In this document: piece by piece, positions 46,176 through 56,352 of the stretch
Numbering within the stretch: position 1 is the first letter of the stretch
Layout of the letters: every line of letters begins with the position of its first letter
Source: Candidatus Latescibacterota bacterium
Lineage (GTDB): Bacteria > Latescibacterota > UBA2968 > UBA8231
DNA: 64,000 bases
Assembly: GCA_965243025.1 (NCBI GenBank)
Contig: CBDETY010000003.1
Span: forward strand, 5,024,001 to 5,088,000
Direction: 5' to 3'
Translations under genes and position numbers: made by a program
Notes under the pieces: generated by a model
Told to the model about the DNA's origin: nothing
Databases searched by the model: none
The model's input: only the letters and a program-made list of their open reading frames with translations

Positions 46176-47165
46176 TCAGCGCCGCGGCGGGGCGACGATC
46201 TGGTCGAGGACGCGGTTGGTGCGCGCCCCTGTCTCACCGGTGCTCGGACATTCCCCCTCGCCGCGCAGGGAGTCGACGATCGACTGGATCAGGGGCTGCT
46301 GGACATGTTCGGGGGGCGGCAGGTGGAACTCCCGGCGGCCGGCGGGGGTGGTGAGGACGACCGGTTCGTCGAGGGCGAAAGCGGAGTAGGCGACGCTGCC
46401 CTCGCTGCCGACGATCTCGGTGCGGTCGCGAGCGGCCCCGGCATGGGTGGTAAAGCACCACAAGCCCGCGCCCAGGGCGCCGGATTCGAACCGGAAGGAG
46501 GCGCTGACGATATCGTCGGTGGGGTAGAGCCCTGCCTGGTTGCCGGCGATTCCACTGGCAGTGGCAACCGGTCCCAGCAGGAAATCCAGAAGGTCGAGCT
46601 GGTGGCAGCCGAGGTCGAAGAAGTAGCCGTCCCCGGCGATCTCCGGCAGGACGCGCCAAGGCTGCCGGTCCGGGTCGAGATCGTCGGCGCTCGGGGGGCC
46701 GTACTGTTGAACGGTGGCGAAGCGAACCTCTCCCACCGCCCCCGCCTGCAACAGCTCTGCGGCTTTGACGAAGGCGGGAAGACGGCGGCGGTAGTAGGCG
46801 ACGAACAGCGGCACCCCGGCCGCGGCGCAGGCCTCGTTCATCCGCCGGCACTGGTCATGGTTCAGGGCCATCGGCTTTTCGACGTAGACCGGCTTTCCCG
46901 CGGCGGCAACCCGCAAGGTGTACTCGCAGTGGGAGTCCGGCGGCGTGGCGATGTAGACGGCGTCGACCTCGCCGTCGGCTATCAGGGCGTCGGCATCGTC
47001 GTACCAGCGCGGAACGCGGTGGCGCCGTGCGAAGTCGGCGGCCAGGTCTCCGCTGCGGCGCATCACGGCGACGAGCTCGGAGCCGTCGCATTTGTACAGC
47101 GGCGGTCCCGACTTCATCTCGGTGACGTCGCCGCAGCCGATAATTCCCCAGCGGATCTTGTCCAT
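46176..47165 (-). CDS. Gfo/Idh/MocA family oxidoreductase
   Basis: 'WGIIGCG', 'AVYIATPP', 'VYVEKPMA', 'DLGCHQLD'. Confidence 0.92.
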   Translation of the reverse strand: MDKIRWGIIGCGDVTEMKSGPPLYKCDGSELVAVMRRSGDLAADFARRHRVPRWYDDADALIADGEVDAVYIATPPDSHCEYTLRVAAAGKPVYVEKPMALNHDQCRRMNEACAAAGVPLFVAYYRRRLPAFVKAAELLQAGAVGEVRFATVQQYGPPSADDLDPDRQPWRVLPEIAGDGYFFDLGCHQLDLLDFLLGPVATASGIAGNQAGLYPTDDIVSASFRFESGALGAGLWCFTTHAGAARDRTEIVGSEGSVAYSAFALDEPVVLTTPAGRREFHLPPPEHVQQPLIQSIVDSLRGEGECPSTGETGARTNRVLDQIVAPPRR

Positions 47166-47350
47166 GGTTCAGGAATCGTTAATGAGTGAGGGAGTCGAGC
47201 CGGTGACTTCCGGCTCGTGGACAGGTGCGCATTTCGGAAGCGGTTCGGGAATGACTGGCAGGTTTCACCGCCGGCCACTCACTCCCGGAACCTGCGCGCG
47301 CTGAATGTAGCCGCCGTCAAAGGGCCGGTCAAAAACAAGCCCGGCCCGTG

Positions 47351-47380
47351 TTGACATCGATCGCGGGGGCGGAGTACAAT
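47351..47380 (+). promoter_or_regulatory. Putative sigma70 promoter for the nfeD-floA operon
   Basis: TTGACA (47351-56), 18 nt, TACAAT (47375-80), 36 nt before the ATG. Confidence 0.65.
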
Positions 47381-47416
47381 CTTGGGATTTGACGATACTA
47401 CGGCCGTGAAAGGGCC

Positions 47417-48898
47417 ATGAAAGACAAGAAAGACAAGCAGTTACATCGAAGAAGAAAGCATCGCCCCGCGTTCCTCGCAGGCCTTGTGGCAGCGGTCTTC
47501 TGCCTCCTTCCGAACCCGGAAACCGCAGTGCTCGCCAGCGACAGCGAGGCGCCGGCCCAAGCGACGGAACCGGAGGCCGCGGCTGCGAACGAAACGGAAG
47601 AGGAAAACGGGAAGAAGCGGCCGATCGTTCACCTGCTGGAGATGCACACGGTCAGCACCGAGCAGGAGATGATCGACCCCGGAATCACCGCATTCGTCGA
47701 ACGGGCGATCAGGGACTCGGACGAAGCCGGCGTCGACGCCATCGTTTTCGACATCGATACCTTCGGGGGCCGCGTCGACGCCGCCACGGTGATCCGGGAC
47801 GCCATCATCGACGCCGATCCGCTCACCATCGCCTTCATCAACAAGAGGGCGATTTCCGCGGGGGCGCTGATCGCGCTGTCCTGCGACAAGATCGTAATGG
47901 TCAAGGGGGGGGAGATCGGGGCCGTTACCCCGGTCTCGGGTGGCGGCGAAAAAGCGGGGGACAAGTACGTCTCGGTGATGCGCGCCGAGATGCGGGCCAC
48001 GGCCGAGCGCACCGGCAGGGATCCCGAGATCGCCGAAGCGATGGTCGACGAGCGCATCGAAATCGAGGGTTTCAGCGAGGTTGTCGGACGCCCGGCGACG
48101 CTGACCACCAGGGAGGCGCTGCAGTTCGGGGTCGCCGACGAGACCGCCGAAACCCTTCATGGCGTTCTGCGCATATACGACCTCGAAGATGCCGAGATCG
48201 TCGAGGTGAAGATCAACTGGGCCGAGCAGGTGGTGCGGTTCCTGACCAATCCCATCATCACCTCCATCCTGCTTTCGGTGGCGATTTTCGGGCTGATCGC
48301 CGAGGTGCGGACCCCGGGTTGGGGACTGGGAGGCACGATGGCGCTGGTTGCCCTGGCGCTTTTCTTCGGCAGTCACCTCGTGGTGCATCTGGCCGAATGG
48401 GACGAGCTGGCCCTGTTCGTGGTCGGCCTCGTCCTGCTGGTCGTCGAGATCGCCTTCATTCCGGGGTTCGGGATCGTGGGCCTTGCCGGTATTCTCTGCA
48501 TGGTCGCCAGTCTGCTGCTGACCCGCCTGCCCTCCTACCAGTGGTGGAGTCTCGACGAGATCACTGCGGTGATCGGACAGCTGGCGCTTTCGATGATTCT
48601 CGCCATCGTCGGCGCCGCCATTCTGCTGCGGGCGCTGCCGCGGTTCGCCCTGTTCAATCGGCTAATCCTGCGCAGCGAAACCTCCGCGAAGGAGGGGTAC
48701 GTCGGTACGCCGACCGACAGGGATTCCGGCCTCGTCGGGCAGGAGGGCGTGACTCTGACCGCCCTGCGGCCCACCGGCATGGGGATGTTCGACGGCAAGC
48801 GGCTCGACATCATTGCCGAGGGAGAGTTCATCGAGGAGCACACCGCCGTGAAGGTCGTGGAGGCGCGCGGCAACCGGGTTATCGTGAGGCCCTCGTGA
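47417..48898 (+). CDS. nfeD: NfeD family membrane-bound serine protease (long form, YqeZ-like)
   Basis: ClpP-like domain '[12 protein letters not shown]', 'AISAGALIA', 'IAEAMVD'; TM region; OB-fold '[20 protein letters not shown]'. Confidence 0.9.
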   Translation: MKDKKDKQLHRRRKHRPAFLAGLVAAVFCLLPNPETAVLASDSEAPAQATEPEAAAANETEEENGKKRPIVHLLEMHTVSTEQEMIDPGITAFVERAIRDSDEAGVDAIVFDIDTFGGRVDAATVIRDAIIDADPLTIAFINKRAISAGALIALSCDKIVMVKGGEIGAVTPVSGGGEKAGDKYVSVMRAEMRATAERTGRDPEIAEAMVDERIEIEGFSEVVGRPATLTTREALQFGVADETAETLHGVLRIYDLEDAEIVEVKINWAEQVVRFLTNPIITSILLSVAIFGLIAEVRTPGWGLGGTMALVALALFFGSHLVVHLAEWDELALFVVGLVLLVVEIAFIPGFGIVGLAGILCMVASLLLTRLPSYQWWSLDEITAVIGQLALSMILAIVGAAILLRALPRFALFNRLILRSETSAKEGYVGTPTDRDSGLVGQEGVTLTALRPTGMGMFDGKRLDIIAEGEFIEEHTAVKVVEARGNRVIVRPS

Positions 48899-49410
48899 GC
48901 GAGTTGGGTCCCGATTTCCTGCCCTGGCTCTACTCGATCGGGCTGTTGATTCTCGGTTTCGTGCTCATCCTGCTCGAGATCTTCGTGATCCCGGGATTCA
49001 ACATCTTCGGCATCATGGGGTTCGGCACGGTCTGTGTCGGCGTCCTCCTGGCCTACAGAAAGCTGGGGGTGGAAGCCGCGGTCGTGGTCGGGCTCCTGGG
49101 ACTGGCCGGCACGGCCTACCTGGTCGTATTTCTGATCCGCAGCCGCGCCTGGCAGCGGCTGGTGCTCGAAACCGAGACCGACAAGGCCTCCGGCTACGAG
49201 TCGACGCCGGTCGGATTCACCGAGTTGCTGGCGCAGAAAGGGGTCGCCCTTACGCCGTTGCGCCCCAGCGGCCGGGCGCAGTTCGGCGACCGCGTCGTGG
49301 ACGTTGTCACCGAAGGGGATTTCATCAATCCGGGATCCCAGGTTGTGGTAATGGAGGTGCATGGGAACCGGGTCGTGGTTCAGGAACCACGACCGGAGAG
49401 CGATTCATAG
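48895..49410 (+). CDS. NfeD family protein (short form)
   Basis: GTG overlapping the upstream stop; '[14 protein letters not shown]', '[16 protein letters not shown]'. Confidence 0.88.
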   Translation: MSELGPDFLPWLYSIGLLILGFVLILLEIFVIPGFNIFGIMGFGTVCVGVLLAYRKLGVEAAVVVGLLGLAGTAYLVVFLIRSRAWQRLVLETETDKASGYESTPVGFTELLAQKGVALTPLRPSGRAQFGDRVVDVVTEGDFINPGSQVVVMEVHGNRVVVQEPRPESDS

Positions 49411-49472
49411 GTGCGACTGCCCGCGGCGCAAGAGAGCGGCAGGCGGCCACCTGTGCAACCAAGGAGGCGGTA

Positions 49473-50450
49473 ATGGAAGCACTGTTCTACGTCGCGATTC
49501 TGTTCGCGATCATCATATTCCTGAGCCTGTTCACCTATTTTGTTCCGATCGGGCTGTGGATCACGGCGTACTTCGCCGGCGTCAAAGTGGGAATCTTCCG
49601 CGACCTGGTCGGAATGCGGCTGCGAAAAGTACCCCCGGCCGCCATCGTCAGGCCCAAAATCAGCGCCGCCAAGGCGGGTCTGGAAGTGGAGCTGGACCGC
49701 ATGGAAGCCCACTATCTGGCCGGAGGCAACGTCGAGGTAGTGATCCTGGCGCTTATCTCTGCGGACAAGGCCAACATCGAGCTCACGTTCGAACGCGCGA
49801 CGGCAATCGATCTGGCCGGACGCGACGTGCTCGAAGCGGTCAAGGTCAGCGTGAACCCGAAGGTGATCAACACTCCGCTGATCGCGGCCATCGCCAAGGA
49901 CGGAATCCAGGTGAAGGCGACCTGCCGCGTTACCGTGAGAGCCAACATCGACCGCCTGGTTGGCGGCGCGGGTGAAGAGACCATCATAGCGCGGGTCGGC
50001 GAGGGGATCGTCACTACTGTTGGATCGGCGGGGACGCACAAGCAGGTGCTGGAGAACCCGGACAACATCTCCAAGACGGTGCTGGGGAAAGGGCTCGATT
50101 CCAACACCGCCTTCGAGATTCTGTCGATCGATATTGCCGATGTCGACGTCGGCGAGAACATCGGCGCCAAGCTGCAGACCGAGCAGGCTGAAGCCGACCT
50201 CAAGATCGCTCAGGCGAAAGCCGAGGAGCGCCGCGCCATGGCACAGGCGCGCGAGCAGGAAATGAATGCCCTCGTCGAGGAGATGAGCGCCCGTGTCAAG
50301 GAAGCGGAGGCCGAAGTGCCGCGCGCGATGGCCGAGGCGTTCCGCAGCGGCAACCTCGGCATCATGGACTATTACCGCATGCGCAACATTCAGTCCGACA
50401 CCGAAATGCGGACTTCGATTTCAGAAACGGATGGCTTGCAGGATGAGTAG
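49473..50450 (+). CDS. floA: Flotillin-like protein FloA (YqfA)
   Basis: '[11 protein letters not shown]', 'EAHYLAGG', 'AIDLAGRDV', '[15 protein letters not shown]', 'GIMDYY'; SD AAGGAGG. Confidence 0.95.
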   Translation: MEALFYVAILFAIIIFLSLFTYFVPIGLWITAYFAGVKVGIFRDLVGMRLRKVPPAAIVRPKISAAKAGLEVELDRMEAHYLAGGNVEVVILALISADKANIELTFERATAIDLAGRDVLEAVKVSVNPKVINTPLIAAIAKDGIQVKATCRVTVRANIDRLVGGAGEETIIARVGEGIVTTVGSAGTHKQVLENPDNISKTVLGKGLDSNTAFEILSIDIADVDVGENIGAKLQTEQAEADLKIAQAKAEERRAMAQAREQEMNALVEEMSARVKEAEAEVPRAMAEAFRSGNLGIMDYYRMRNIQSDTEMRTSISETDGLQDE

Positions 50451-50497
50451 GTCGTCCGTCGCCGGCTTGGAGACGAGCTGAGGAGCAGGCAGGAGTC

Positions 50498-51103
50498 GTG
50501 GAGCAGCTACTATTCCTGCTGTTCGTGCTCTTCAGCGTCGTCTCGGCGCTGCTCGAACGGCGCAAGCGCAAGAGGCAGCGCGAAGAGCAGCGCCAGGCCG
50601 GCACGCCGGGGAAGACCGAACGGGAGGAAGAAGAAGAAGAGACATGGCCCTTTCCGATGGGGGGGGATCCCTTCGAGCCGGCGCGCCCACGCCGGCCTTC
50701 CCCGCCGCCTGAGGAAGAGCTGGAGGAAGAACGCGCTCCGCAGCCGGTGGCCGCGGAGGTTTCCGGCGAGCAAGAGGAACCGGAGCCTCCGAAGCGTCCC
50801 AATATCTTCCAGCGGCTCGAGGATTTCGCCCGGGAAGAGGAAAGACGCGCCCGTGCCGAGGAGGAGGAGGTCCTCGCCGACCAGGAGCGTGCCCGCCAGC
50901 TTGAAAGGCGGGCGAGCGAAACTGCCCAGCGCATTCGGGAGCAGGCCAGGCCGCGGTCCGAGCCGGTGGAGCAGCCACGGGTTGCCAAGCGTAAACGGCG
51001 CAGCAAGTGGAGCCTCACCCCGAAAACGGCGCGGGACGCCATCGTCTACGCCGAGATTTTCGGGAAGCCCAAGGCAGACCGGACGGAGGAGCTCTTCGGA
51101 TAA
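50498..51103 (+). CDS. Hypothetical membrane-anchored acidic protein in the YqfB position
   Basis: N-terminal TM helix, Glu/Pro-rich middle, C-terminal 'RDAIVYAEIFGKPKA'; follows floA. Confidence 0.7.
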   Translation: MEQLLFLLFVLFSVVSALLERRKRKRQREEQRQAGTPGKTEREEEEEETWPFPMGGDPFEPARPRRPSPPPEEELEEERAPQPVAAEVSGEQEEPEPPKRPNIFQRLEDFAREEERRARAEEEEVLADQERARQLERRASETAQRIREQARPRSEPVEQPRVAKRKRRSKWSLTPKTARDAIVYAEIFGKPKADRTEELFG

Positions 51104-51130
51104 GGGCGGTCGCGTCCCGGCGCCTCGACA

Positions 51131-51217
51131 GCCGAAGTGGCGGAACTGGTAGACGCGCTGGATTCAAAATCCAGTGACCATCAGGTCGTGTGGGTTCGAG
51201 TCCCACCTTCGGCACCA
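51131..51217 (+). tRNA. tRNA-Leu (anticodon CAA)
   Basis: Acceptor stem GCCGAAG/CTTCGGC followed by A-CCA; D-loop with TGGTAGA; anticodon arm CTGGA-TTCAAAA-TCCAG; long variable arm; T-arm GTGGG-TTCGAGT-CCCAC. Confidence 0.97.
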
Positions 51218-51476
51218 CCCCTTCGCAACGACTGCTGAGAGAACAGAAGCCCGCCCGGCATCCGACCATTTCCCGCCCCGTGCATTTCGCGGGACGCCGG
51301 GGGAATTCCAGCCGCCATCGGCGAATACCGCTCTCGAATCAGAGCCCCGGCGGCCGGCGCAGGGCTGCGACCCGCATGGCCAACCGTTGACCCCGGTAAA
51401 GGAAGTCCGCCACGCAGAAACCGGTCCGCCGTTTGCGCAACGTCCTTCCCGCAACATGGAGTGACCGAGGCAGCCG

Positions 51477-52514
51477 ATGAAAACGCACCAGGCGAACCGC
51501 CTGCGCAGTTTGACATCAGACATCTTCACGGCCTGTGACGCGCCCCCGGAGGATGCGGAAGTCCTGGCCCGCCACCTCGTAGCCGCCAACCTCAAGGGCC
51601 TCGATTCTCACGGCGTCCTCCGGATTCCGCAGTATGTCGGCAACATCCGCAGAAACGAGATCGTTCCCGGGGCCGGGATCGAAACGGTCAGGGAAACCGC
51701 TGCGACATGCCTTCTCGACCTGAACTGGAACTTCGGCCAGGTCGGGGCCCGCACCGCTACCGGGATGGCGGTTGCCAAGGCCCGAAGCCAGGGCCTCGGA
51801 TCGGTCGCCCTGTACCGGACTCAGCACGTCGGCTGCCTGAGCCTCTACACCGAGGCGGTCGCCCGGGAAGGGATGGTGGGGCTTGCGGCCTGCAGCGGCG
51901 GTTCCCCGAGCGGTCACTGGGTGGCGCCCTGGGGGGGCCGCGAGGGGCGCATCGGAACCAACCCGATTTCGCTGGCGGCGCCGACGAACGGGCGGCCGAT
52001 ACTGTTCGACGCGGCCACGAGCGCCGTCTCCGAAGGCAAGGTGCGCCTGAGCAGGGACAGCGGAAAGAGCCTGCCGGACGCCTGGCTCGTCGACGCGGCG
52101 GGAAGACCGAGCGACGACCCCAACGCGCTCTACGGTTCTCCCGGGGGGGCCATCCTGCCGGTGGGAGGGGCGCTGGCCTACAAAGGTTTCGGTTTTGCGA
52201 TGATCGCCCAGGTACTGAGCACGGTCCTCACCGGTGCCACCGCCGAACGCATGGGAGGGGAGAGCAACAATTTCTGGATTCTCGCCGTCGACGTCGCGGC
52301 GTTCACCTCTCCGGAGGATTTCCGCAGGGAGCTCGACGAGTACGCCGCCTACGCAAAATCAGCAGCCCTGGCCGAAGGGTTCGAGCGGGTTCTGATGCCC
52401 GGTGAGCTCGACTGCGAAACCGAGGAACGCCGCGCTGCCGAGGGAATTCCGATCGCCGACGGGGTATGGTCGCAGATCGAAGCCGTGGCCGCGGAGCTCG
52501 GGGTGGCGACCTGA
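51477..52514 (+). CDS. Ldh_2 (malate/L-lactate/ureidoglycolate dehydrogenase-type) oxidoreductase
   Basis: 'ANLKGLDSHGVLRIPQY', 'FGQVG', 'APWGG..IGTNP', 'YKGFG', 'MPGE'. Confidence 0.92.
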   Translation: MKTHQANRLRSLTSDIFTACDAPPEDAEVLARHLVAANLKGLDSHGVLRIPQYVGNIRRNEIVPGAGIETVRETAATCLLDLNWNFGQVGARTATGMAVAKARSQGLGSVALYRTQHVGCLSLYTEAVAREGMVGLAACSGGSPSGHWVAPWGGREGRIGTNPISLAAPTNGRPILFDAATSAVSEGKVRLSRDSGKSLPDAWLVDAAGRPSDDPNALYGSPGGAILPVGGALAYKGFGFAMIAQVLSTVLTGATAERMGGESNNFWILAVDVAAFTSPEDFRRELDEYAAYAKSAALAEGFERVLMPGELDCETEERRAAEGIPIADGVWSQIEAVAAELGVAT

Positions 52515-52619
52515 GGTGACCCGGCGGCCGGCAGCGGGACGGAAGCACAGGGGGACTCGCCGGGGATCTTCCTCCAGCCCTCCGCCTTGTACAGCGGCTT
52601 GCCCGCGCGTACGGCTGGG

Positions 52620-54065
52620 CTAAAGGCGTGCGGGAAACGGGTGGTAGTTGACGGTGATCTTCACCTCGCGCACGACCAGTGTGCCGGCCAACCCCCCGGC
52701 CCGGCCCTCGAGGGATATCTCGAGCAGATTGTCTCCCTTCCGGGGGCGCACCCGCCGCAGGTCGAAGGTGAGTGACTGGGCGCTGTAGCGGTTGATCGCA
52801 TCGCCGAAGCCGCGCCGGCAGGCTTCGTTTTTCAGCGATTCCCCGTTCAGCAGGATCGCGAGCCGGTCGGCGGAAACCAGGTCGGTTACCACGATCTCGA
52901 GAAGAACCTCGCTGATCTGGTCCCCTGCCCCCTCGATGTCGTCGGCGATGAAAAAGGGCACCGGGTGGCGGGCTCCAACGTCGTCAGCGGGGATTCGAAC
53001 CGGCAAAGGTGAGCGGTAGTGCAGGTGGTCCTCCTCCGGGGTGCGTGCGAGGACATACTGCCTGTTTTTCCGCGCCCCCAGGTCGGGGTCCCCCATTTCA
53101 CTCAACATGCTGCGCTGCGCATCCCCCAGCGGCCAGTCCATGAACCAGGTGTAGAGGCCGTCGGCTCCCTTGCTCCACTGGTTGGCGACCGCGGCCCGCA
53201 TCTGTTCGCTGCTGGGAAACTGCCGCACCGGGGCTCCCGTGTTCTTGTCGTCGACGTACGGCTGGAGACATCCGAAAAACGAAACGCCGCTGGCATGGGC
53301 AGCATCCAACAGCCAGTCGGCGGGCATGTCGGGATCGAGTATCATGTAGCCGTAGCGCATGGGGACGACGAAATCCAGGGAGCCGTTCTGCAGCCAGGCG
53401 CGAACGTCGAGCCCCTGTCCCAGGTTGAGCTCCTCCGTCGGCAGAACGCGCACCCCCACCTGAACGCCGTCGCGCGCGGCTCGCGCCATCCCGGATATCT
53501 CCTCGACGAACCCGGTCAGCTCCGGAACCAGGGACTCGGCTTCTTGCGGCCGGATGAGGGAACTTCCTCCCGGGACCGCCAGGTCGAGCTCGACCCCCTC
53601 GAGCGGGTACCGGTTCACGAGTTCCTCGATAATGACGCGCTGGCCTTCGCGGACTTCAGGGGCGCCGAGGCCGCGCCCCCCCTCGGCTACCGCGTGGGCC
53701 GGGTCCATGCCGCCGTAGCTGCCCAGGCGCACGGTGGCGAAAAAGTCCATGCCCTTGTCGTGAGCGCGGTCGATGAGCAGCTGCAGGGGATCGAGCCCGC
53801 GCTCTTCGAGGCTCTTCATGTTGTGCCAGGTCCGCCAGTACGCCGCCAGCTCGAACGGCTCCATGCCGGAGCCGAACTGCGTCGCGACACCGGAAGGGTA
53901 GAACAGGCCGTCGCCGCGCTGGATGCCGTAGGCGAAGGTATCGACGGCGGTGCCGGCAACCTCATCGACCGGTGTCCAGGCATCCTCCAGCGAGATGGGG
54001 GGCTCGAACACGAACAGGTAGTAGTGGCGGGCGTCGTTGTGGTAGATGATTCGCTTGCGTCGCAT
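52620..54065 (-). CDS. Putative GHL10-like (glycoside hydrolase-like TIM barrel) protein
   Basis: ATG 54065 with SD GGAGG; 'IIYHNDA', 'LIDRAHDKGMDFFATVRL', 'RYPLEGVELD', 'GADGLYTWF'; C-terminal beta-sandwich. Confidence 0.65.
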   Translation of the reverse strand: MRRKRIIYHNDARHYYLFVFEPPISLEDAWTPVDEVAGTAVDTFAYGIQRGDGLFYPSGVATQFGSGMEPFELAAYWRTWHNMKSLEERGLDPLQLLIDRAHDKGMDFFATVRLGSYGGMDPAHAVAEGGRGLGAPEVREGQRVIIEELVNRYPLEGVELDLAVPGGSSLIRPQEAESLVPELTGFVEEISGMARAARDGVQVGVRVLPTEELNLGQGLDVRAWLQNGSLDFVVPMRYGYMILDPDMPADWLLDAAHASGVSFFGCLQPYVDDKNTGAPVRQFPSSEQMRAAVANQWSKGADGLYTWFMDWPLGDAQRSMLSEMGDPDLGARKNRQYVLARTPEEDHLHYRSPLPVRIPADDVGARHPVPFFIADDIEGAGDQISEVLLEIVVTDLVSADRLAILLNGESLKNEACRRGFGDAINRYSAQSLTFDLRRVRPRKGDNLLEISLEGRAGGLAGTLVVREVKITVNYHPFPARL

Positions 54066-54335
54066 CGCAGACCTCCAGGAGGGTTGGTCCAGTCTCTGCT
54101 TGTCCGACTGTGAGTCATCCGGGCAGGCGGTAAAACCCGTCCCGGCCGCTGGCGGAAGACCGACGGCAAGGAGGGGGAAAGCATTGGGCAAACCCGGCCT
54201 TAAGGCTCTTTCTCCGAGAGACTTAGACCGCCTGAGAAAGCACCCGGCCAGCTTTTGATAAATCGGACTTAATCACATTATAAACAATAGGTTAGAATGG
54301 TTTTTCGAGTCGCGGAGAAAGATTCGAATAATTAG

Positions 54336-54364
54336 TTGCTCTGGCATCTGTCCCGCCGTATCAT
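54336..54364 (+). promoter_or_regulatory. Putative promoter of the sigma factor gene
   Basis: TTGCTC-17 nt-TATCAT within an AT-rich leader. Confidence 0.4.
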
Positions 54365-54471
54365 AATGGAAAAAGCGGCACCTTCTGCACACAATTCCGC
54401 CGGAATCGCGAGGGAGGAGGAGTTTTCGCGTTTCCGGTCCCCATCAAAAATCCACAAATAGAAGGAGAGTC

Positions 54472-55323
54472 ATGCTGGAAACCCTCAGCGACCGCGAGAG
54501 CTCTCTACGGTCTTATTTCGACGACATCGCCCACTCCGAGCCGCTGTCTCGTGAGAAGGAAGTCGAACTCGCGGCCCGCATCAAAGACGGCGATATGGAG
54601 GCCCGTGACGAACTGGTTCAGGCCAACCTGCGGTTCGTCATCGACGTGGCCAAGAATTACCAGAACCGCGGCCTCTCTTTTGCAGATCTGATCAGCGCCG
54701 GCAATCTCGGGTTGATGACCGCCGCCGAGCGCTTCGACGGCACCCGGGGGTACAAGTTCATTTCCTACGCGGTCTGGTGGATCCGCCAATCCATCCTGCA
54801 GACCATCGCCGAGCACGTGCGCACGGTGCGGCTCCCGCTCAACAAGCTGAGCCTCCTCAAGGACATCTCCAAGGCCTCGAGGCGCCTGGGCCAGGGCCGC
54901 GAGGAGGAGCCGGATGTAGACGAGATAGCCAAGGAGCTCGATCTGCCCGCCGACGTCGTCACCGACGCCATTCTCAGCGCCCGCCCGGTGAGCTCCCTCG
55001 ACGGCGCTTTCGAAGATGACGAGAAGCGCTCGCTGATGAACGTCCTTCCCGACACCAGCCAGCGGGCCCCGGATTCCGACGTAATGCGCGATTCCGCCAG
55101 GAGCCAGCTCGAAAGCGTCCTCGCCAGTCTCGACGACAGGGAGCAGCGGATCATCAGGCTGTATTTCGGACTCGACGGCAAGGAGGCGTTGACCCTCGAG
55201 CAGATCGGCAGCCTGATCGGGGTTACGCGGGAGCGCGTGCGGCAGATAAAGGAGAGGGCACTGAGCCGGCTCCGGCATCCGTCGCGCTACCAGTTCCTGC
55301 AGGCACTGGCCGAGGAGGTTTAA
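54472..55323 (+). CDS. RpoD/SigA-family sigma70 factor, short (no region 1.1)
   Basis: 'LVQANLRFVIDVAKNY', 'DLISAGNLGL', 'KFISYAVWWIRQSI', 'TLEQIG..VTRERVRQIKERAL'; 283 aa; SD AAGGAGA. Confidence 0.93.
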   Translation: MLETLSDRESSLRSYFDDIAHSEPLSREKEVELAARIKDGDMEARDELVQANLRFVIDVAKNYQNRGLSFADLISAGNLGLMTAAERFDGTRGYKFISYAVWWIRQSILQTIAEHVRTVRLPLNKLSLLKDISKASRRLGQGREEEPDVDEIAKELDLPADVVTDAILSARPVSSLDGAFEDDEKRSLMNVLPDTSQRAPDSDVMRDSARSQLESVLASLDDREQRIIRLYFGLDGKEALTLEQIGSLIGVTRERVRQIKERALSRLRHPSRYQFLQALAEEV

Positions 55324-55365
55324 GGAGCGGGAAGTTCCGAATTCCGGAATCGGTTTTTTTTCAAG

Positions 55366-55402
55366 GAGCGGCGCGCTTTCGAGCGGTGCGCCGCTCTTTT
55401 TT
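55366..55402 (+). terminator. Intrinsic terminator after the sigma gene
   Basis: Stem GAGCGGCGC (55366-74) / GCGCCGCTC (55388-96) followed by TTTTTT. Confidence 0.75.
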
Positions 55403-55510
55403 CTTTCCGCAGGATACAGCTGCCAGGAGTTGTCGGAGAGGACGGTTTGCTTCCGGCGCCGCCTCCCGCCGGTCCCCGCGCGGACCGATGGCCGAACGAG
55501 CCGGTGAACC

Positions 55511-56320
55511 ATGGATGAGCTGAAACTTCGGGGCAAAGTCGCCCTGGTGACGGGCGGGGCCCGGGGGTTGGGACGCGCCTATGTCCTGCACCTGGCCCGC
55601 CTGGGAGCCGATGTCGTCGTCAACGACATCAGGCTGGACGCGGCGGCTGAATTCGGCGAACAGCTGACCGCCGGATCCGTGGCCGAAGAGGTCGAGTCCC
55701 TGGGACGGCGCTCGCTCGGGATCGAAGCGGACGTCGCCGACCGCGACGCGGTGGTATCGATGGTGGAAACTGCCGTGGCCGAGCTCGGCGGCGTCGATAT
55801 TCTGATTACCAACGCCGGCGGCAACCTGACCACCGATCCCGACCAGAGCGCAACGGGGACGTCGCGACAGACCTACCGCTACCTGATGGAGATAAACCTG
55901 ACGGGCACGGTCTACTGTTGCCAGGAGGTGGGTGCGGCGATGCGCAGGCGTGGAAAGGGGGGCAAGATCGTCACCGTCGCGTCGCAGGCCGGCATGTGGA
56001 GCGGGCGCGACAGCGGGGGGATGGCCTACAAGGTGGCGAAGGCAGGGGTCATCCAGTACACCCGCGTCCTGGCGGCCGAGCTGGGTCCGCACGGAATCTG
56101 CGTCAACTGCATCGCCCCCGGGTTCATCCTGTCGTCCCGGGCACTGGCGCAGGGGCGCAACGAACCGGAAACCAGGAAGAGGCTCGAGGAGCAGATCCCC
56201 CTCGGAAGGCTGGGAATGCCCGAAGACTGCGCCAGGGTCGTCGAGTTCCTGGTCACTGACCTGTCCGACTACGTGACCGGTCAGTGCATTCCGGTCTGCG
56301 GCGGTTTCGTCGCCTTTTGA
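55511..56320 (+). CDS. SDR family oxidoreductase
   Basis: 'VTGGARGLG', 'TNAG', catalytic 'YKVAK', 'VNCIAPG'. Confidence 0.93.
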   Translation: MDELKLRGKVALVTGGARGLGRAYVLHLARLGADVVVNDIRLDAAAEFGEQLTAGSVAEEVESLGRRSLGIEADVADRDAVVSMVETAVAELGGVDILITNAGGNLTTDPDQSATGTSRQTYRYLMEINLTGTVYCCQEVGAAMRRRGKGGKIVTVASQAGMWSGRDSGGMAYKVAKAGVIQYTRVLAAELGPHGICVNCIAPGFILSSRALAQGRNEPETRKRLEEQIPLGRLGMPEDCARVVEFLVTDLSDYVTGQCIPVCGGFVAF

Positions 56321-56352
56321 GGAACCGTCTCCCCGCCTGCCGACAGCGGAAA

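Noticed and set aside
51218-51476. Possible genomic island at tRNA-Leu
   Set aside because: No integrase, no duplicated tRNA 3' end noticed in the window, and no composition shift.
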